From an uncultured virus (IMG/VR IMGVR_UViG_2061766007_002127) (lineage: Duplodnaviria > Heunggongvirae > Uroviricota > Caudoviricetes): 32,723 bases of DNA. The notes beneath the pieces are model-generated. The model did not search any database and was not told where the DNA came from. It saw only the letters and a list, made by a program, of their open reading frames with translations. Position numbers and translations under genes: made by a program. The stretch lies in IMG/VR virus record IMGVR_UViG_2061766007_002127, one strand, 5' to 3'. This document shows positions 10,980 through 21,147 of the stretch, piece by piece (position 1 is the first letter of the stretch; every line of letters begins with the position of its first letter).

Positions 10980-11299
10980 GAAGGAGAAGGCTCGGCGAGA
11001 CGGAGAGGCTGACGGTCTACTCGAAGACCGACGGACACTGCGCGTACTGTGGATGCGAAATCGCATTCAATGAAATGCAGATAGACCACGCCGTCTCGTT
11101 GCACAACCACGGCGCAGACGAAATCTCGAACATGTTGCCGTCTTGCAGTGCATGCAACTACTACAAGAAGGGAAGCAACGTGGACGGGTTCAGGAGGAAG
11201 CTGAAGAGGGCTTTCAGGAAGGGCGACAAGTGCGAATTCGTGAAGGCGCTTGAGCAGAAGTACGATGGATGGGACGGAAGATTCTACTTCGAGAGGTGA
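10976..11299 (+). CDS. HNH endonuclease
   Basis: GHCAYCG...IDHAVSLHNHGADEISNMLPSCSACNYYK. Confidence 0.9.
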   Translation: MRRRRLGETERLTVYSKTDGHCAYCGCEIAFNEMQIDHAVSLHNHGADEISNMLPSCSACNYYKKGSNVDGFRRKLKRAFRKGDKCEFVKALEQKYDGWDGRFYFER

Positions 11300-11302
11300 A
11301 CG

Positions 11303-11851
11303 ATGAAAAACAGGACTGGATATGTGAGCAACTCGAGCTCGAGCTCGTTCGTGGTGGTGCCAGACGAGGTTGCCGAGGAGTACGAGAGGAGCCGAGAGGT
11401 CAGGTCTCTCGAATCGTATGCATCGATACGGCTGGCGTTCGAGCTCCTTGAGGNNNNNNNNNNNNNNNNNNNNNNNNNNNNNNNNNNNNNNNNNNNNNNN
11501 GGATGGCAGAACGTGAACTACCACGGGCTGAAGGACAAGTGGAACTGGATTGTCCTGCAGGCGTTCTACGCGAAGGGGACGTACATCGAGGAAATCGACA
11601 GGTACGCCAAGTCGATAGGCGTGTGCAGGGGAATCGACTGGGGAGCAATCGACAAGGCTGTATCCGACGGGTACGCCTACATCGACCACCAGAGCATCAG
11701 CGCAGAGGACACGTTCAGGGAGGTCTCCCGTGTCGGAATCGACGAGTTCCTTACGAACGATAAGTGCCACGTGCATAACGGGAACGACCAGGAGGAGTAC
11801 GAGGAAGGCGAGGAAATCGACGAGGACAGGGAGGAGAGGTACGACCCATGA
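11303..11851 (+). CDS. SNSSSSSF-motif family protein 1
   Basis: MKNRTGYVSNSSSSSFVV...YIDHQS. Confidence 0.8.
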   Translation: MKNRTGYVSNSSSSSFVVVPDEVAEEYERSREVRSLESYASIRLAFELLEXXXXXXXXXXXXXXXXGWQNVNYHGLKDKWNWIVLQAFYAKGTYIEEIDRYAKSIGVCRGIDWGAIDKAVSDGYAYIDHQSISAEDTFREVSRVGIDEFLTNDKCHVHNGNDQEEYEEGEEIDEDREERYDP

Positions 11852-12519
11852 GAATCAGGAACGGATATGTCAGCAACTCGAGCTCCAGCTCGTTCATCGT
11901 GATGTTCAACAACGTCGGCGACTTCAATGCCTTGAAGAAGCACGGGAAGCACTACGGGCAGTTCTCCACGGACATCTCGAACGGGAGGAATGCGACGAGG
12001 GCGAAGGCTATGGAGTTCTTCCAGATTGAGTACGAGAGCATCATGAGGGATGTCGAGGAGGAGGTGGCGCATCCAGACTGCGTGGGTTTCTGGGGCAGGA
12101 CTCCAGAGCAACGGTACAAGGACGTATGCGATTCGATAGGCGTGTGGAACGACGAGCTCAAGGGGCTTTACAGGAACGGGAAAAGGGCTGCAGAGAAGGC
12201 TGTGAAGGAGAGGAGGCTGTTCGGAGCCGACCAGAGCAGGAGGGCGAAGAAATTCGCGAGGATTATGGTCGAGGAGGCGAAGAAGAAGTGGAGCCGTGCG
12301 TCGGTTGTGTCGTATTCGGACGAATGCGGCGATTTCGGTGGCGAGATGGAGCACGAGTTCATGTGGCTCGTCGGTCAGGANNNNNNNNNNGTGGTCGAGG
12401 AGGCGAAGAAGAAGTGGAGCCGTGCGTCGGTCGTGTCGTATTCGGACGAATGCGGTGATTTCGGTGGCGAGATGGAGCACGAGTTCATGTGGCTCGTCGG
12501 TCAGGANNNNNNNNNNTGA
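11848..12519 (+). CDS. SNSSSSSF-motif family protein 2 (3' end duplicated across a gap)
   Basis: MRIRNGYVSNSSSSSFIVMF...SYSDECGDFGGEMEH. End approximate. Confidence 0.75.
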   Translation: MRIRNGYVSNSSSSSFIVMFNNVGDFNALKKHGKHYGQFSTDISNGRNATRAKAMEFFQIEYESIMRDVEEEVAHPDCVGFWGRTPEQRYKDVCDSIGVWNDELKGLYRNGKRAAEKAVKERRLFGADQSRRAKKFARIMVEEAKKKWSRASVVSYSDECGDFGGEMEHEFMWLVGQXXXXVVEEAKKKWSRASVVSYSDECGDFGGEMEHEFMWLVGQXXXX

Positions 12520-13004
12520 TGAGGGACATGCTGGTCTGCAGGGACTGCCCGAAATTCATCAGGGGGCACATAATGCCGTTCTCGGCGAAGCACGATGGAA
12601 GATGGTTCGTGCTTTCGGACACGTTTCTGCATGAGATGGACAAGTACTTCCACAGGCAGAACTGTTGCGAGCTGGACGACTTCCTGTCGAGAGACAGGAG
12701 CATCAAGCCAGATACGGAGTACTACAGGCTGGGAATTCCGTCGGACTGCCCGTATCGTGTCGAGCACGAGATGTACACGTTTAATGCCGATTCCAACAAG
12801 GTCGACTACGGCATTCTCAGGCATTTCAGGAGAAAACGGGTCTGCCAGCACTGTGGACGTGAGATACCGAACAGGAAGAAGTGCCCCGTGTGTGGGTTCG
12901 ACAGGTTCGACGTGTACAGCCCCGTCGGCGACAGGGCGTGGGTCGCGCTGTTTATAGCGTGCTTCCTTGTCTCAGTGGCGATGGTGGTCGCGTTCGTATT
13001 ATGA
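12519..13004 (+). CDS. CxxC...CPYxxEH family protein with zinc ribbon and TM helix
   Basis: MRDMLVCRDC...DCPYRVEHEMY...CQHCGREIPNRKKCPVCG; the zinc-ribbon block is nearly identical to that in 9412. Confidence 0.8.
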   Translation: MRDMLVCRDCPKFIRGHIMPFSAKHDGRWFVLSDTFLHEMDKYFHRQNCCELDDFLSRDRSIKPDTEYYRLGIPSDCPYRVEHEMYTFNADSNKVDYGILRHFRRKRVCQHCGREIPNRKKCPVCGFDRFDVYSPVGDRAWVALFIACFLVSVAMVVAFVL

Positions 13005-13621
13005 GCTTTGGATGGAAGATAGACTGCAGGAGCGGGTCGAAGTACGACCTGTTCCTTTCCGACTGCGACGGCGAGATGTTCATCCAGCATCGCTCTTGGA
13101 ACGATGGCATGGACTTCCTTCTGGTCGAGATTGGCAGGAACGTGTACACGGGTCTGGAGGCTTTCGAGGTTTTGTCGCGTGAGCTTGGAACCATGACGGA
13201 GAGCCTCGGTTGCCTTCGGACTGGCGTGGACAGCCTCGCAGGTGGGTTCCTCGTCCCCGATTCGACTTCCTATGACGGGAGGGGGGTCGAGCTTCCGTTG
13301 CAGTACGGGTTCATGACATGTGGCAACAGGAGGAACCTGAGCGAGTTCGAGATTGCGTATGGAAGCACGGCTTTGCATTTCGACCTTGACTGCAATGCGA
13401 CGATATGCTGCGCGATGAAGTCGAGACTGCCAGACAGGGGCTGGAACGAGGTGGACATCCGTCTCGGCTCTGGGAAGGGGTTCGACGAGGCGCATGCGAA
13501 TGCCGTGAAAAGGATTGAATCGCTCGTGTCGGACTGCAGGGAAATCGAGGAGTGGGCATATGACAGGCTCTGCCTTGCTGGAGACCGATATTTCACATAT
13601 TCAAGCCATATTAGGTCATGA
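13001..13621 (+). CDS. Hypothetical protein
   Basis: MSFGWKIDCRSG... with ATGA overlaps at both ends. Confidence 0.7.
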   Translation: MSFGWKIDCRSGSKYDLFLSDCDGEMFIQHRSWNDGMDFLLVEIGRNVYTGLEAFEVLSRELGTMTESLGCLRTGVDSLAGGFLVPDSTSYDGRGVELPLQYGFMTCGNRRNLSEFEIAYGSTALHFDLDCNATICCAMKSRLPDRGWNEVDIRLGSGKGFDEAHANAVKRIESLVSDCREIEEWAYDRLCLAGDRYFTYSSHIRS

Positions 13622-13890
13622 GCAAGCTGGACAACATATTCGAAATCGGCGACGTGTTCAAGCCGATGCGCGTGCTGATGATAGGGGTCGTGGACGGCGA
13701 GACTGCCACCACGGACATATCGGACGGCTTCGCAATTGTGAGGAGGTCGTTCATACCAGAGGTCTGCCACGAAAGGTGCCAGGTGATTGAATGCAACAGC
13801 CACGATTTCTCCGACATGGACGGCGAGTGCCTTGTCGTATCGGACAGGTGCCCGTACTACACGGAGGCTTTCATGATGGATGTGAGGAAG
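13618..13890 (+). CDS. Cys-rich CPYYxE family protein (end in gap)
   Basis: DISDGFAIVRRSFIPEVCHERC...RCPYYTEAFMMDVRK. Paralog of 16272. Confidence 0.7.
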
Positions 13891-14462
13891 NNNNNNNNNN
13901 NNNNNNNNNNNNNNNNNNNNNNNNNNNNNNNNNNNNNNNNNNNNNNNNNNNNNNNNNNNNNNNNNNNNNNNNNNNNNNNNNNNNNNNNNNNNNNNNNNNN
14001 NNNNNNNNNNNNNNNNNNNNNNNNNNNNNNNNNNNNNNNNNNNNNNNNNNNNNNNNNNNNNNNNNNNNNNNNNNNNNNNNNNNNNNNNNNNNNNNNNNNN
14101 NNNNNNNNNNNNNNNNNNNNNNNNNNNNNNNNNNNNNNNNNNNNNNNNNNNNNNNNNNNNNNNNNNNNNNNNNNNNNNNNNNNNNNNNNNNNNNNNNNNN
14201 NNNNNNNNNNNNNNNNNNNNNNNNNNNNNNNNNNNNNNNNNNNNNNNNNNNNNNNNNNNNNNNNNNNNNNNNNNNNNNNNNNNNNNNNNNNNNNNNNNNN
14301 NNNNNNNNNNNNNNNNNNNNNNNNNNNNNNNNNNNNNNNNNNNNNNNNNNNNNNNNNNNNNNNNNNNNNNNNNNNNNNNNNNNNNNNNNNNNNNNNNNNN
14401 NNNNNNNNNNNNNNNNNNNNNNNNNNNNNNNNNNNNNNNNNNNNNNNNNNNNNNNNNNNNNN

Positions 14463-14805
14463 CTGTCTTGAGATATGCAGAAAATGTGACAGGCATCTTG
14501 TTGTGAAATGCCAGCCAAGTTGGACTGGCGACAACGATGTCCATCTGCTGAATTGCTTCACCGAAAACCAATATGGGCAATGGAGAGGATTGCATTTGAA
14601 CAATCCTTCATTTGACGCCTGGACTCTTGACGAGAACGGAGAGTTTGTCAAGATAGGAAAGCCAAAGGAGAAAATCGAGCTTTCCAGCGACGACATTCAT
14701 CGGATATTGTTTGAAGACAAGCATAAGTTCGAGCATCTTCTTGATTTTGATGGCACGACGTGTAAACTCGGTCTTGAACTTCAAATGACGGAGTGGAGCA
14801 AATGA
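14463..14805 (+). CDS. CxxC...E-x-QMxEW family protein (start in gap)
   Basis: CLEICRKC...CKLGLELQMTEWSK*. Confidence 0.7.
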
Positions 14806-15155
14806 AAAATGAATTTCTAAAAACATTTTGTGCAAATTGTGGCAGAAAGCCTGTCTTTAGACGCCTGAAAAACGGTGATTTCATGTTCGAGGCGTGTGTC
14901 AAAAACAATGCCTACAAGGATTATGCAAAATGCTATGACGCCAGTAAAAGGAATGCAATTGTTACGTTTAATTCAGAAAAAAGAAGGCTTGTCAGTCTAG
15001 GTGAAGAGTTTGGAGAAAAGATTGCAGGCAACTTGAACTCATCGCTCGATGCCGATGAAATCAGTGACAAGAGATTCTTTGAATTGATGTTTAGTTGGAA
15101 TCAACATTGTCCTTTCTTTTTCGAGTTGCAGATGATGGAGTGGAGCAATGATTGA
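14802..15155 (+). CDS. CxxC...CPFFFE family protein
   Basis: FCANC...HCPFFFELQMMEWSND*. Confidence 0.7.
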   Translation: MKNEFLKTFCANCGRKPVFRRLKNGDFMFEACVKNNAYKDYAKCYDASKRNAIVTFNSEKRRLVSLGEEFGEKIAGNLNSSLDADEISDKRFFELMFSWNQHCPFFFELQMMEWSND

Positions 15156-15647
15156 ATCAATGCAACCTGATTCCGTGGACATCGTGGTGTCTGCCGTGTC
15201 CAGTGGNNNNNNNNNNNNNNNNNNNNNNNNNNNNNNNNNNNNNNNNGTCGCCGTGATTCGCTTCCACGAAGTCGGCATGGGGCAGTTCTTCAGGACGGTC
15301 GTGGATGCCTGCGAGGGGACTGCGTTCGGAGTCGCCGACCTGCTGTTCTGCAGGATGGGCGAGAGGTTCGCAGAGCCAGTGGTCGTGTTCTGCAGGAAGG
15401 ACGAGATTATGACGTTCGTCGCGAACAAGAAGCAGTCGTCCGAGTTCGGGACTGGTCAGAAGCTGTACTCCCCGTTCTACAACGTGCTGGACGCATTCGG
15501 CGGCGACACGCTCGCCAGNNNNNNNNNNNNNNNNNNNNNNNNNNNNNNNNNNNNNACATCTTCTGCTCGGACTGCCAGACGACGGTTTCTGCGAGGTCGC
15601 ACGGGATGAAGCACATCGGGATTCAATTCAGCAAGGAGGTCGAATGA
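15148..15647 (+). CDS. Degenerate N4/N6 DNA-methyltransferase-like protein (gapped)
   Basis: MQPDSVDIVVS..., VLDAFGG, HGMKHIGIQ resemble beta-class MTase motifs, but SPPY/DPPY is replaced by SAVS. Confidence 0.45.
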
Positions 15648-16261
15648 GGGTGCGCCTAGGTCATGTCAGCAATTCGAGCACAAGCTCGTTCCTCGTGGCA
15701 TTCAACGACGTGGACGACTTCAGGTGCGTCAGCGACAGGTTCGGATACGACTTCTTCATGAACACGCTGAAGGCGAGTGCGAGGAAGCCACCAGTCGGCG
15801 AGGAGGACATCATCGACATCGTGGCGCGATGCCTGGGCAAGTGGCTCGTGTCATACGGGATGTTCCACTACAGGAAAATCCACAACATGCACGACTACGG
15901 CGGCGACAGGGACGTTTTCCTGAACGTGGTGTCGTCGCTCGGCGGCGACGGGTTCGACATGTCGCTCGAACGTGACATCGAGGCGATGGTCGAGGCAGGC
16001 GTTTCGGAGATTGAGGGCGAAATCGACAACCTGTACGAAATGAAGTGCAGGGTGTCCGACGTGGTTTCGAGATACGGGACGGAGGCGATGATGCTAGCCA
16101 TGCAGGTGGTCGGCTCGATGCTTTCGAGATACGGGAAGTTCGTGCTGTTCGACGTGAGGGTCGACAACGAGCTCGCAGACGAGTTCGTGTCGAATTTCAT
16201 GCCGAATGCGAGGATGCTGAACGAAGGTCGCTACGTGATAGCAGATGCGTTCAGCGAATGA
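15644..16261 (+). CDS. SNSSSSSF-motif family protein 3
   Basis: MRVRLGHVSNSSTSSFLVAFNDV...FMP. Confidence 0.8.
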   Translation: MRVRLGHVSNSSTSSFLVAFNDVDDFRCVSDRFGYDFFMNTLKASARKPPVGEEDIIDIVARCLGKWLVSYGMFHYRKIHNMHDYGGDRDVFLNVVSSLGGDGFDMSLERDIEAMVEAGVSEIEGEIDNLYEMKCRVSDVVSRYGTEAMMLAMQVVGSMLSRYGKFVLFDVRVDNELADEFVSNFMPNARMLNEGRYVIADAFSE

Positions 16262-16271
16262 GTGGTATTGC

Positions 16272-16610
16272 ATGACGAGAGGAAATTCTGGAAGCCGAGC
16301 GTCGCGTCGCAGCATATGGTGTGACCCCGAAATCGCAACGCAGATGCTCAAACCACGGATGTTCTGCCTGACGTTCTTCAAGCAGACAAAGGACGGCGTT
16401 TCCATCGTCAATCCGTGCATTGAAGACATTTCCGACGAGTTTGCAATTGTGAAGAAGGAGTTTCTCAAGGAAATATGCCTTGAGAGATGCGAGATATTCG
16501 AGTGCGATTTTCAGAAATTCGAGGATTCGGACGAGAGAATGCTCATAGTTTGCAAGGACTGCCCATATTATGCAGAGGCAGTCGTCAACGATGTGAGGAA
16601 CGGAAGATGA
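16272..16610 (+). CDS. Cys-rich CPYYAE family protein
   Basis: EDISDEFAIVKKEFLKEICLERC...DCPYYAEAVVNDVRNGR. Start uncertain. Confidence 0.7.
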   Translation: MTRGNSGSRASRRSIWCDPEIATQMLKPRMFCLTFFKQTKDGVSIVNPCIEDISDEFAIVKKEFLKEICLERCEIFECDFQKFEDSDERMLIVCKDCPYYAEAVVNDVRNGR

Positions 16611-17222
16611 AGACAAGGAACGGATATGTAAGCAATTCCAGCAGCACGTCTTTCCTGATTGTGTACAATGACATGGGCGCGTTTGACAGATTCAGGGAGG
16701 CAAGAGGATATGAATATCTTGAGAGCCACTTGAATTGCGACAGGAAGTACAAGGAGATTGCTGGCGACGAGGACAGGAACATAGAGGCGTTCTTCAATGA
16801 ACTTGTCGAGGGGTTCGCAGGAGAGTACGGGGAATATCTCTATGCGAAGAGCCATTGCGTGTACACAGACGGCATGTGGAGCCTTGAGGACGAGTTGAAA
16901 AAATACATGCTCGACGACACGGTGTATTCTGGGGCGAGAGGTCTTGCATCGTCCGTCGAGGCGATTGTCGGGCAATGGGATGATTCCGAGGAAATGCGCG
17001 ACTGGAAGGTTGNNNNNNNNNNNNNNNNNNNNNNNNNNNNNAGACCTTCTTGTTCTGCAGGTTCTGGAGTCCGTAAGGTCGAAATGGAAGAACATATGCT
17101 TGTTCGAGGTGGGCGATGATTCCGAATACGGGGACTACATCGAGCACACGTTCATGCCGAGGGTCATATCACATGGCACGGGCGCAAGTGGATTCGCAGG
17201 CTCGGACATAAGCCATCATTGA
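16607..17222 (+). CDS. SNSSSSSF-motif family protein 4 (gapped)
   Basis: MKTRNGYVSNSSSTSFLIVYND...EVGDDSEYGDYIEHTFMP...ISHH*. Confidence 0.8.
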
Positions 17223-17230
17223 GGAATAGC

Positions 17231-18304
17231 ATGATTAAGAGGAAATTCTGGAAGCCGAGCGTCACGTCGCAGTACAAAGTCTGCCCCGTGCCGTATCACA
17301 TGGACACGTACCGTGGTTGCACATACGGTTGCCTTTTCTGCTTCGCGAGGGACTTCTTCCAGTTCGCGAGGCGCAACACCGACCATCCAGTCCAGACGTA
17401 CATAGAGGGCAACGACCCGAAGGCGTTCGGAAGATGGGTCGAGAGGACGATGGCTAGGGAAGAGAACGACTACGCCCATGCGGAGGAGGTCGCGTTCAGG
17501 GAGAGGATGCCCGTGAAGATAGGGGCGTCGTCAGACCCGTTCCCGTTCTGCGAGAGGGATGAGCGCATCACGCACGACGTGCTTTCGATACTCGCCGAGT
17601 ACGACTACCCCGTCCAGATTAGCACGAAGAACCCAGAGGTGTTCCTCGGGTACGCAGAGGAGTTCGTGGACTCGAACATCGCGCTGTCGGTGTCGTGCTC
17701 GTTCTGCGACGACGGCATCGCACGGCAGATTGAATGCGGGGCGATATCCGTGACGCGCAGGATGGACGCCGTGAGGAATCTGACGGACATGGGGTACAGG
17801 GTCATAGCGAGGCTCCACCCGTTCATACTCCCATATGCGCTTGACAACGCAGAGAGGTACGTCCAGATGTACAGGGACGCTGGGTTCTACGGGTTCGTGG
17901 CAGAGGGTCTCAAGCTCCGAGTCGTGATGCCAGAGAACGAGAGGAAGGTCTACGCGAGGATAGGCGACGTGTTCGGGTTCGACATCCTGAAGGATTTCAG
18001 GGAGAACGGCGTCATAGAGGGGAGCGACAGGGAGTACTCCGACGAGAGGAAGCGCGAGGTGCTTCTGAGGTACACCCAGCTTGCAGACCAGTACGGGCTT
18101 GTGTTCCTGAACGGCGACAACACGGTTTCGCCAGAGTACGGTCACTCGTGCGAGTGCTGTGGCACTGGCATATTGAGGGAACACTCCATCTGGGGTGGAT
18201 GCGACAGGGCGAAGTGCTTCAAGCCTGACGGGAACACGAGGCTGTCCACCGAGTTCGGCAAGTGCCTCGTGAATTTCACGAGGGGGAGGGGGTCGAGTGG
18301 CAGG
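17231..18304 (+). CDS. Radical SAM protein, SplB/photolyase-like phage family (end in gap)
   Basis: DTYRGCTYGCLFCFA (CxxxCxxC), GASSDPFP, ISTKNP, ARLHPF and C-terminal CECCG. Confidence 0.88.
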
Positions 18305-18363
18305 NNNNNNNNNNAGGAAGAAGGACGACGACAAGAGGATTCCACTTTTCTGAGGAGGATTCT

Positions 18364-18902
18364 ATGACCGACTACAAGGACATGTTCGACACGGTTTTCA
18401 ACAGCGCGTCCCCAGAGGAGCTCGGATGCTTCCTGAGGAACGAGTGCGTGCCGTTCGAGTACTGCGAGCGTGCGCTCGGCAGGAAGGGGATAGGCTGGGA
18501 GAACAAGCTCATCATCGCAGAGAGGAAGGACTGCCCAGTGGAGACCGTCGAGAGGATTTGCAAAAACGGAGGCGAGAGGTTCGCGAGGAGGTTCCTGACG
18601 GAGATGCGCCATGTCCCAGACAGCGTGCTGAGGACGCTTGCGAGGAACAATGGAGCGAAGTTCTACGTGTCCGAGTACTGGAGGATACCAGACGACCTGA
18701 AGAGGATGTTCGTGAACGAGATGGTCTGCATGCTGGACGGAGACGCAGTCGTGGACAACGTGACCATGTTCGAGGATTTCGTCATGTCCCAGCCGTCGCT
18801 TCCAGACGACTGCATGGAGACCGTCGAGAAGGCGATTCAATGGATAGGAAGGAAGCCGAACACGTCGGCTTGGACGAGGTACGACGAAATCGCAGCGAGG
18901 CT
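18364..18902 (+). CDS. Hypothetical helical protein (continues into gap)
   Basis: GAGGAG RBS, then MTDYKDMFDTVFNS... Confidence 0.7.
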
Positions 18903-19212
18903 NNNNNNNNNNNNNNNNNNNNNNNNNNNNNNNNNNNNNNNNNNNNNNNNNNNNNNNNNNNNNNNNNNNNNNNNNNNNNNNNNNNNNNNNNNNNNNNNNN
19001 NNNNNNNNNNNNNNNNNNNNNNNNNNNNNNNNNNNNNNNNNNNNNNNNNNNNNNNNNNNNNNNNNNNNNNNNNNNNNNNNNNNNNNNNNNNNNNNNNNNN
19101 NNNNNNNNNNNNNNNNNNNNNNNNNNNNNNNNNNNNNNNNNNNNNNNNNNNNNNNNNGGATGGTCGAGGAGCTTCTTGAGGAGAACAAGAGCAGAAAATG
19201 AACGATTGTGGC

Positions 19213-19240
19213 TTGACTTTTCGGGAATTCGGCGTATATT
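19213..19240 (+). promoter_or_regulatory. Promoter TTGACT-N16-TATATT
   Basis: Consensus match; the block GGCGTATATT is shared with the promoters at 2923 and 5011. Confidence 0.75.
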
Positions 19241-19271
19241 GTATGGAACCGAAACCGAAAAGGAGGCTTTT

Positions 19272-19380
19272 ATGAACAACTTCGAGAAGGCAGTGATGTG
19301 GGCGGCGCTGGTCATGCTGATGATTTCATACCCGTGGCTGGCGTTCGTTCCGATTGCAATCTGGCTGTGCCAGTACGGGG
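19272..19380 (+). CDS. Small membrane protein (end in gap)
   Basis: AGGAGG RBS, then MNNFEKAVMWAALVMLMISYPWLAFVPIAIWLC. Confidence 0.65.
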
Positions 19381-19418
19381 NNNNNNNNNNNNNNNNNNNN
19401 NNNNNNNNNNNNNNNNNN

Positions 19419-20247
19419 CGGGCTTGTCGGGAAGGCAGGAAGTGGAAAGGACACGCTCGCAGACGAAATCGCAGTGGACGGATGGGAGAAGGTGGCGTTC
19501 GCAGACTCCCTGAAGCATCTGTGCATGGACTACCTCGGTCTGTCGCACGACGACGTGTACACGCAGGAGGGCAAGATGAGGGAGAACCCCGTCTGGGGCA
19601 TGACGAACAGAGCCATCCTGCAGAAGGTCGGAACCGAGGCGATGCGCAACGGCTTCGACAAGGATGTCTGGGTGAAGATACTCGGAATCAGAATCAGGAA
19701 GATGCTGGCTGAAGGGAGAAAGGTCATCGTGACCGACTGCCGCTTCGACAACGAGTGCCAGCTTGTCGAGGACATGGGTGGAATCGTCGTCGAGGTCGTC
19801 AGGGACGCCGCGAGCAACCTGTCTGGCGACGAGCAGAGGCATGCATCCGAACAGCCCGTGAGCAGGGGATACGTGTCGTTCACCATCGAGAACAACAGGG
19901 ACAGGTCGAGGCTCAGGGGGCTGTTCGACGCGAGCATGAGGACGTTCCTGTCGAAGTGGACGGAGGAGTCCGACCTGATGAGAAGGGGCGNNNNNNNNNN
20001 NNNNNNNNNNNNNNNNNNNNNNNNNNNNNNNNNNNNNNNNNNNNNNNNNNNNNNNNNNNNNNNNNNNNNNNNNNNNNNNNNNNNNNNNNNNNNNNNNNNN
20101 NNNNNNNNNNNNNNNNNNNNNAACGGTATAATAGCCCACGGGCGAACACTGGCTGGAGGCGAGGACTACGGCAGGTCGTTCCAGTTCGGCGACGCAGACG
20201 GATGGGATGCCGTGAACAGGTTCGTCGCAGAATGCAGGAAGCAGTAA
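19419..20247 (+). CDS. Deoxynucleoside monophosphate kinase (T4 gp1-like), start in gap
   Basis: GLVGKAGSGKDT, AFADSLK, RAILQKVGTE, VTDCRFDNE, HASE. Confidence 0.9.
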
Positions 20248-20262
20248 AAAAGGAGTACGAAC

Positions 20263-20976
20263 GTGAAGAAGAATCTTGTGAAAATGAGGGTCTGCCTTGG
20301 ATTCGACTGCAACCCTCGGCTCGACATCATACGCTACGACGATGATGTGGCAGAATCTGGGAAGGCGTACCAGTCCACACGTGGAATCAGGAACGGGAAG
20401 ACCGAGGTGGACTTCGGTCAGGTGTGGATGAGGATGGATTCAACGACGAATTCGCCGTACTGGGACGCATATGCGATTCTGGACGGTTCGGTTGCGACGG
20501 AGAAGGACATTGCCGAGAAGGCTATGGAGCTTCATGTGGAAGCAATCAATGCGATGGATGAAGGATTGAAGGAAGTGGCGAAGAGGTTCAAGGATTTGAT
20601 GGCTCCTTCCCTCACCGATGTCGAGAAGATTGTCCATGTCAAGCTCAACCCGAGCGCAGAAGGCAATGGCAAGGTTTTCGTGCAAGTCGAGGACTTCAAG
20701 AGGAAGATTTCCGAGGCAGTGAAGGCGTCTGGGGCGCAACTCGCCACGTCGAACAACTATTCTGCCGACGAGTGGAATGCGTTCTTCGACAGGACGCTGA
20801 CGCCCGACATCCTGACCGTCCTGATGAAGGGTCTTCCAGTCCTGAAGTTCTCTGGGAACGGAATCGAGTTCCAGACGAGCGACATGTACGAGCAGGCTCT
20901 TCTCGCCGTCGCAGGAAAGGTGACGAGCGACGTGTTCGCGAGGTTCGTGGAGACGAAGAGCAACAAGGCGAAGTAG
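20263..20976 (+). CDS. Hypothetical protein
   Basis: AGGAG RBS, GTG start, 237 aa, followed by a terminator. Confidence 0.8.
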   Translation: MKKNLVKMRVCLGFDCNPRLDIIRYDDDVAESGKAYQSTRGIRNGKTEVDFGQVWMRMDSTTNSPYWDAYAILDGSVATEKDIAEKAMELHVEAINAMDEGLKEVAKRFKDLMAPSLTDVEKIVHVKLNPSAEGNGKVFVQVEDFKRKISEAVKASGAQLATSNNYSADEWNAFFDRTLTPDILTVLMKGLPVLKFSGNGIEFQTSDMYEQALLAVAGKVTSDVFARFVETKSNKAK

Positions 20977-21003
20977 TCCATGAAATCCTGAAACGCGAAT
21001 CGG

Positions 21004-21037
21004 AAAGGCAGGATGGAGAACTGTTCCTGCCTTTTTT
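21004..21037 (+). terminator. Intrinsic terminator
   Basis: AAAGGCAGGA...TCCTGCCTTTTTT. Confidence 0.75.
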
Positions 21038-21147
21038 CATGCATTCAATTGAGATTGCTTTCGGAAAGGCGACAGACCGTTGACGGAAAGGCGTCTTCTG
21101 CATGCCATATTATGGAAAGCGAAAAGGCATTTACAAAGGAGCGTATC

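Noticed and set aside
12266..12506. ~115-bp tandem duplication in SNSSS gene 2 (possible repeat or DGR template/variable pair)
   Set aside because: Both copies end at 10-N gaps and differ at only two silent C/T sites with no adenine-specific pattern. No reverse transcriptase is present. Most likely a strain bubble.
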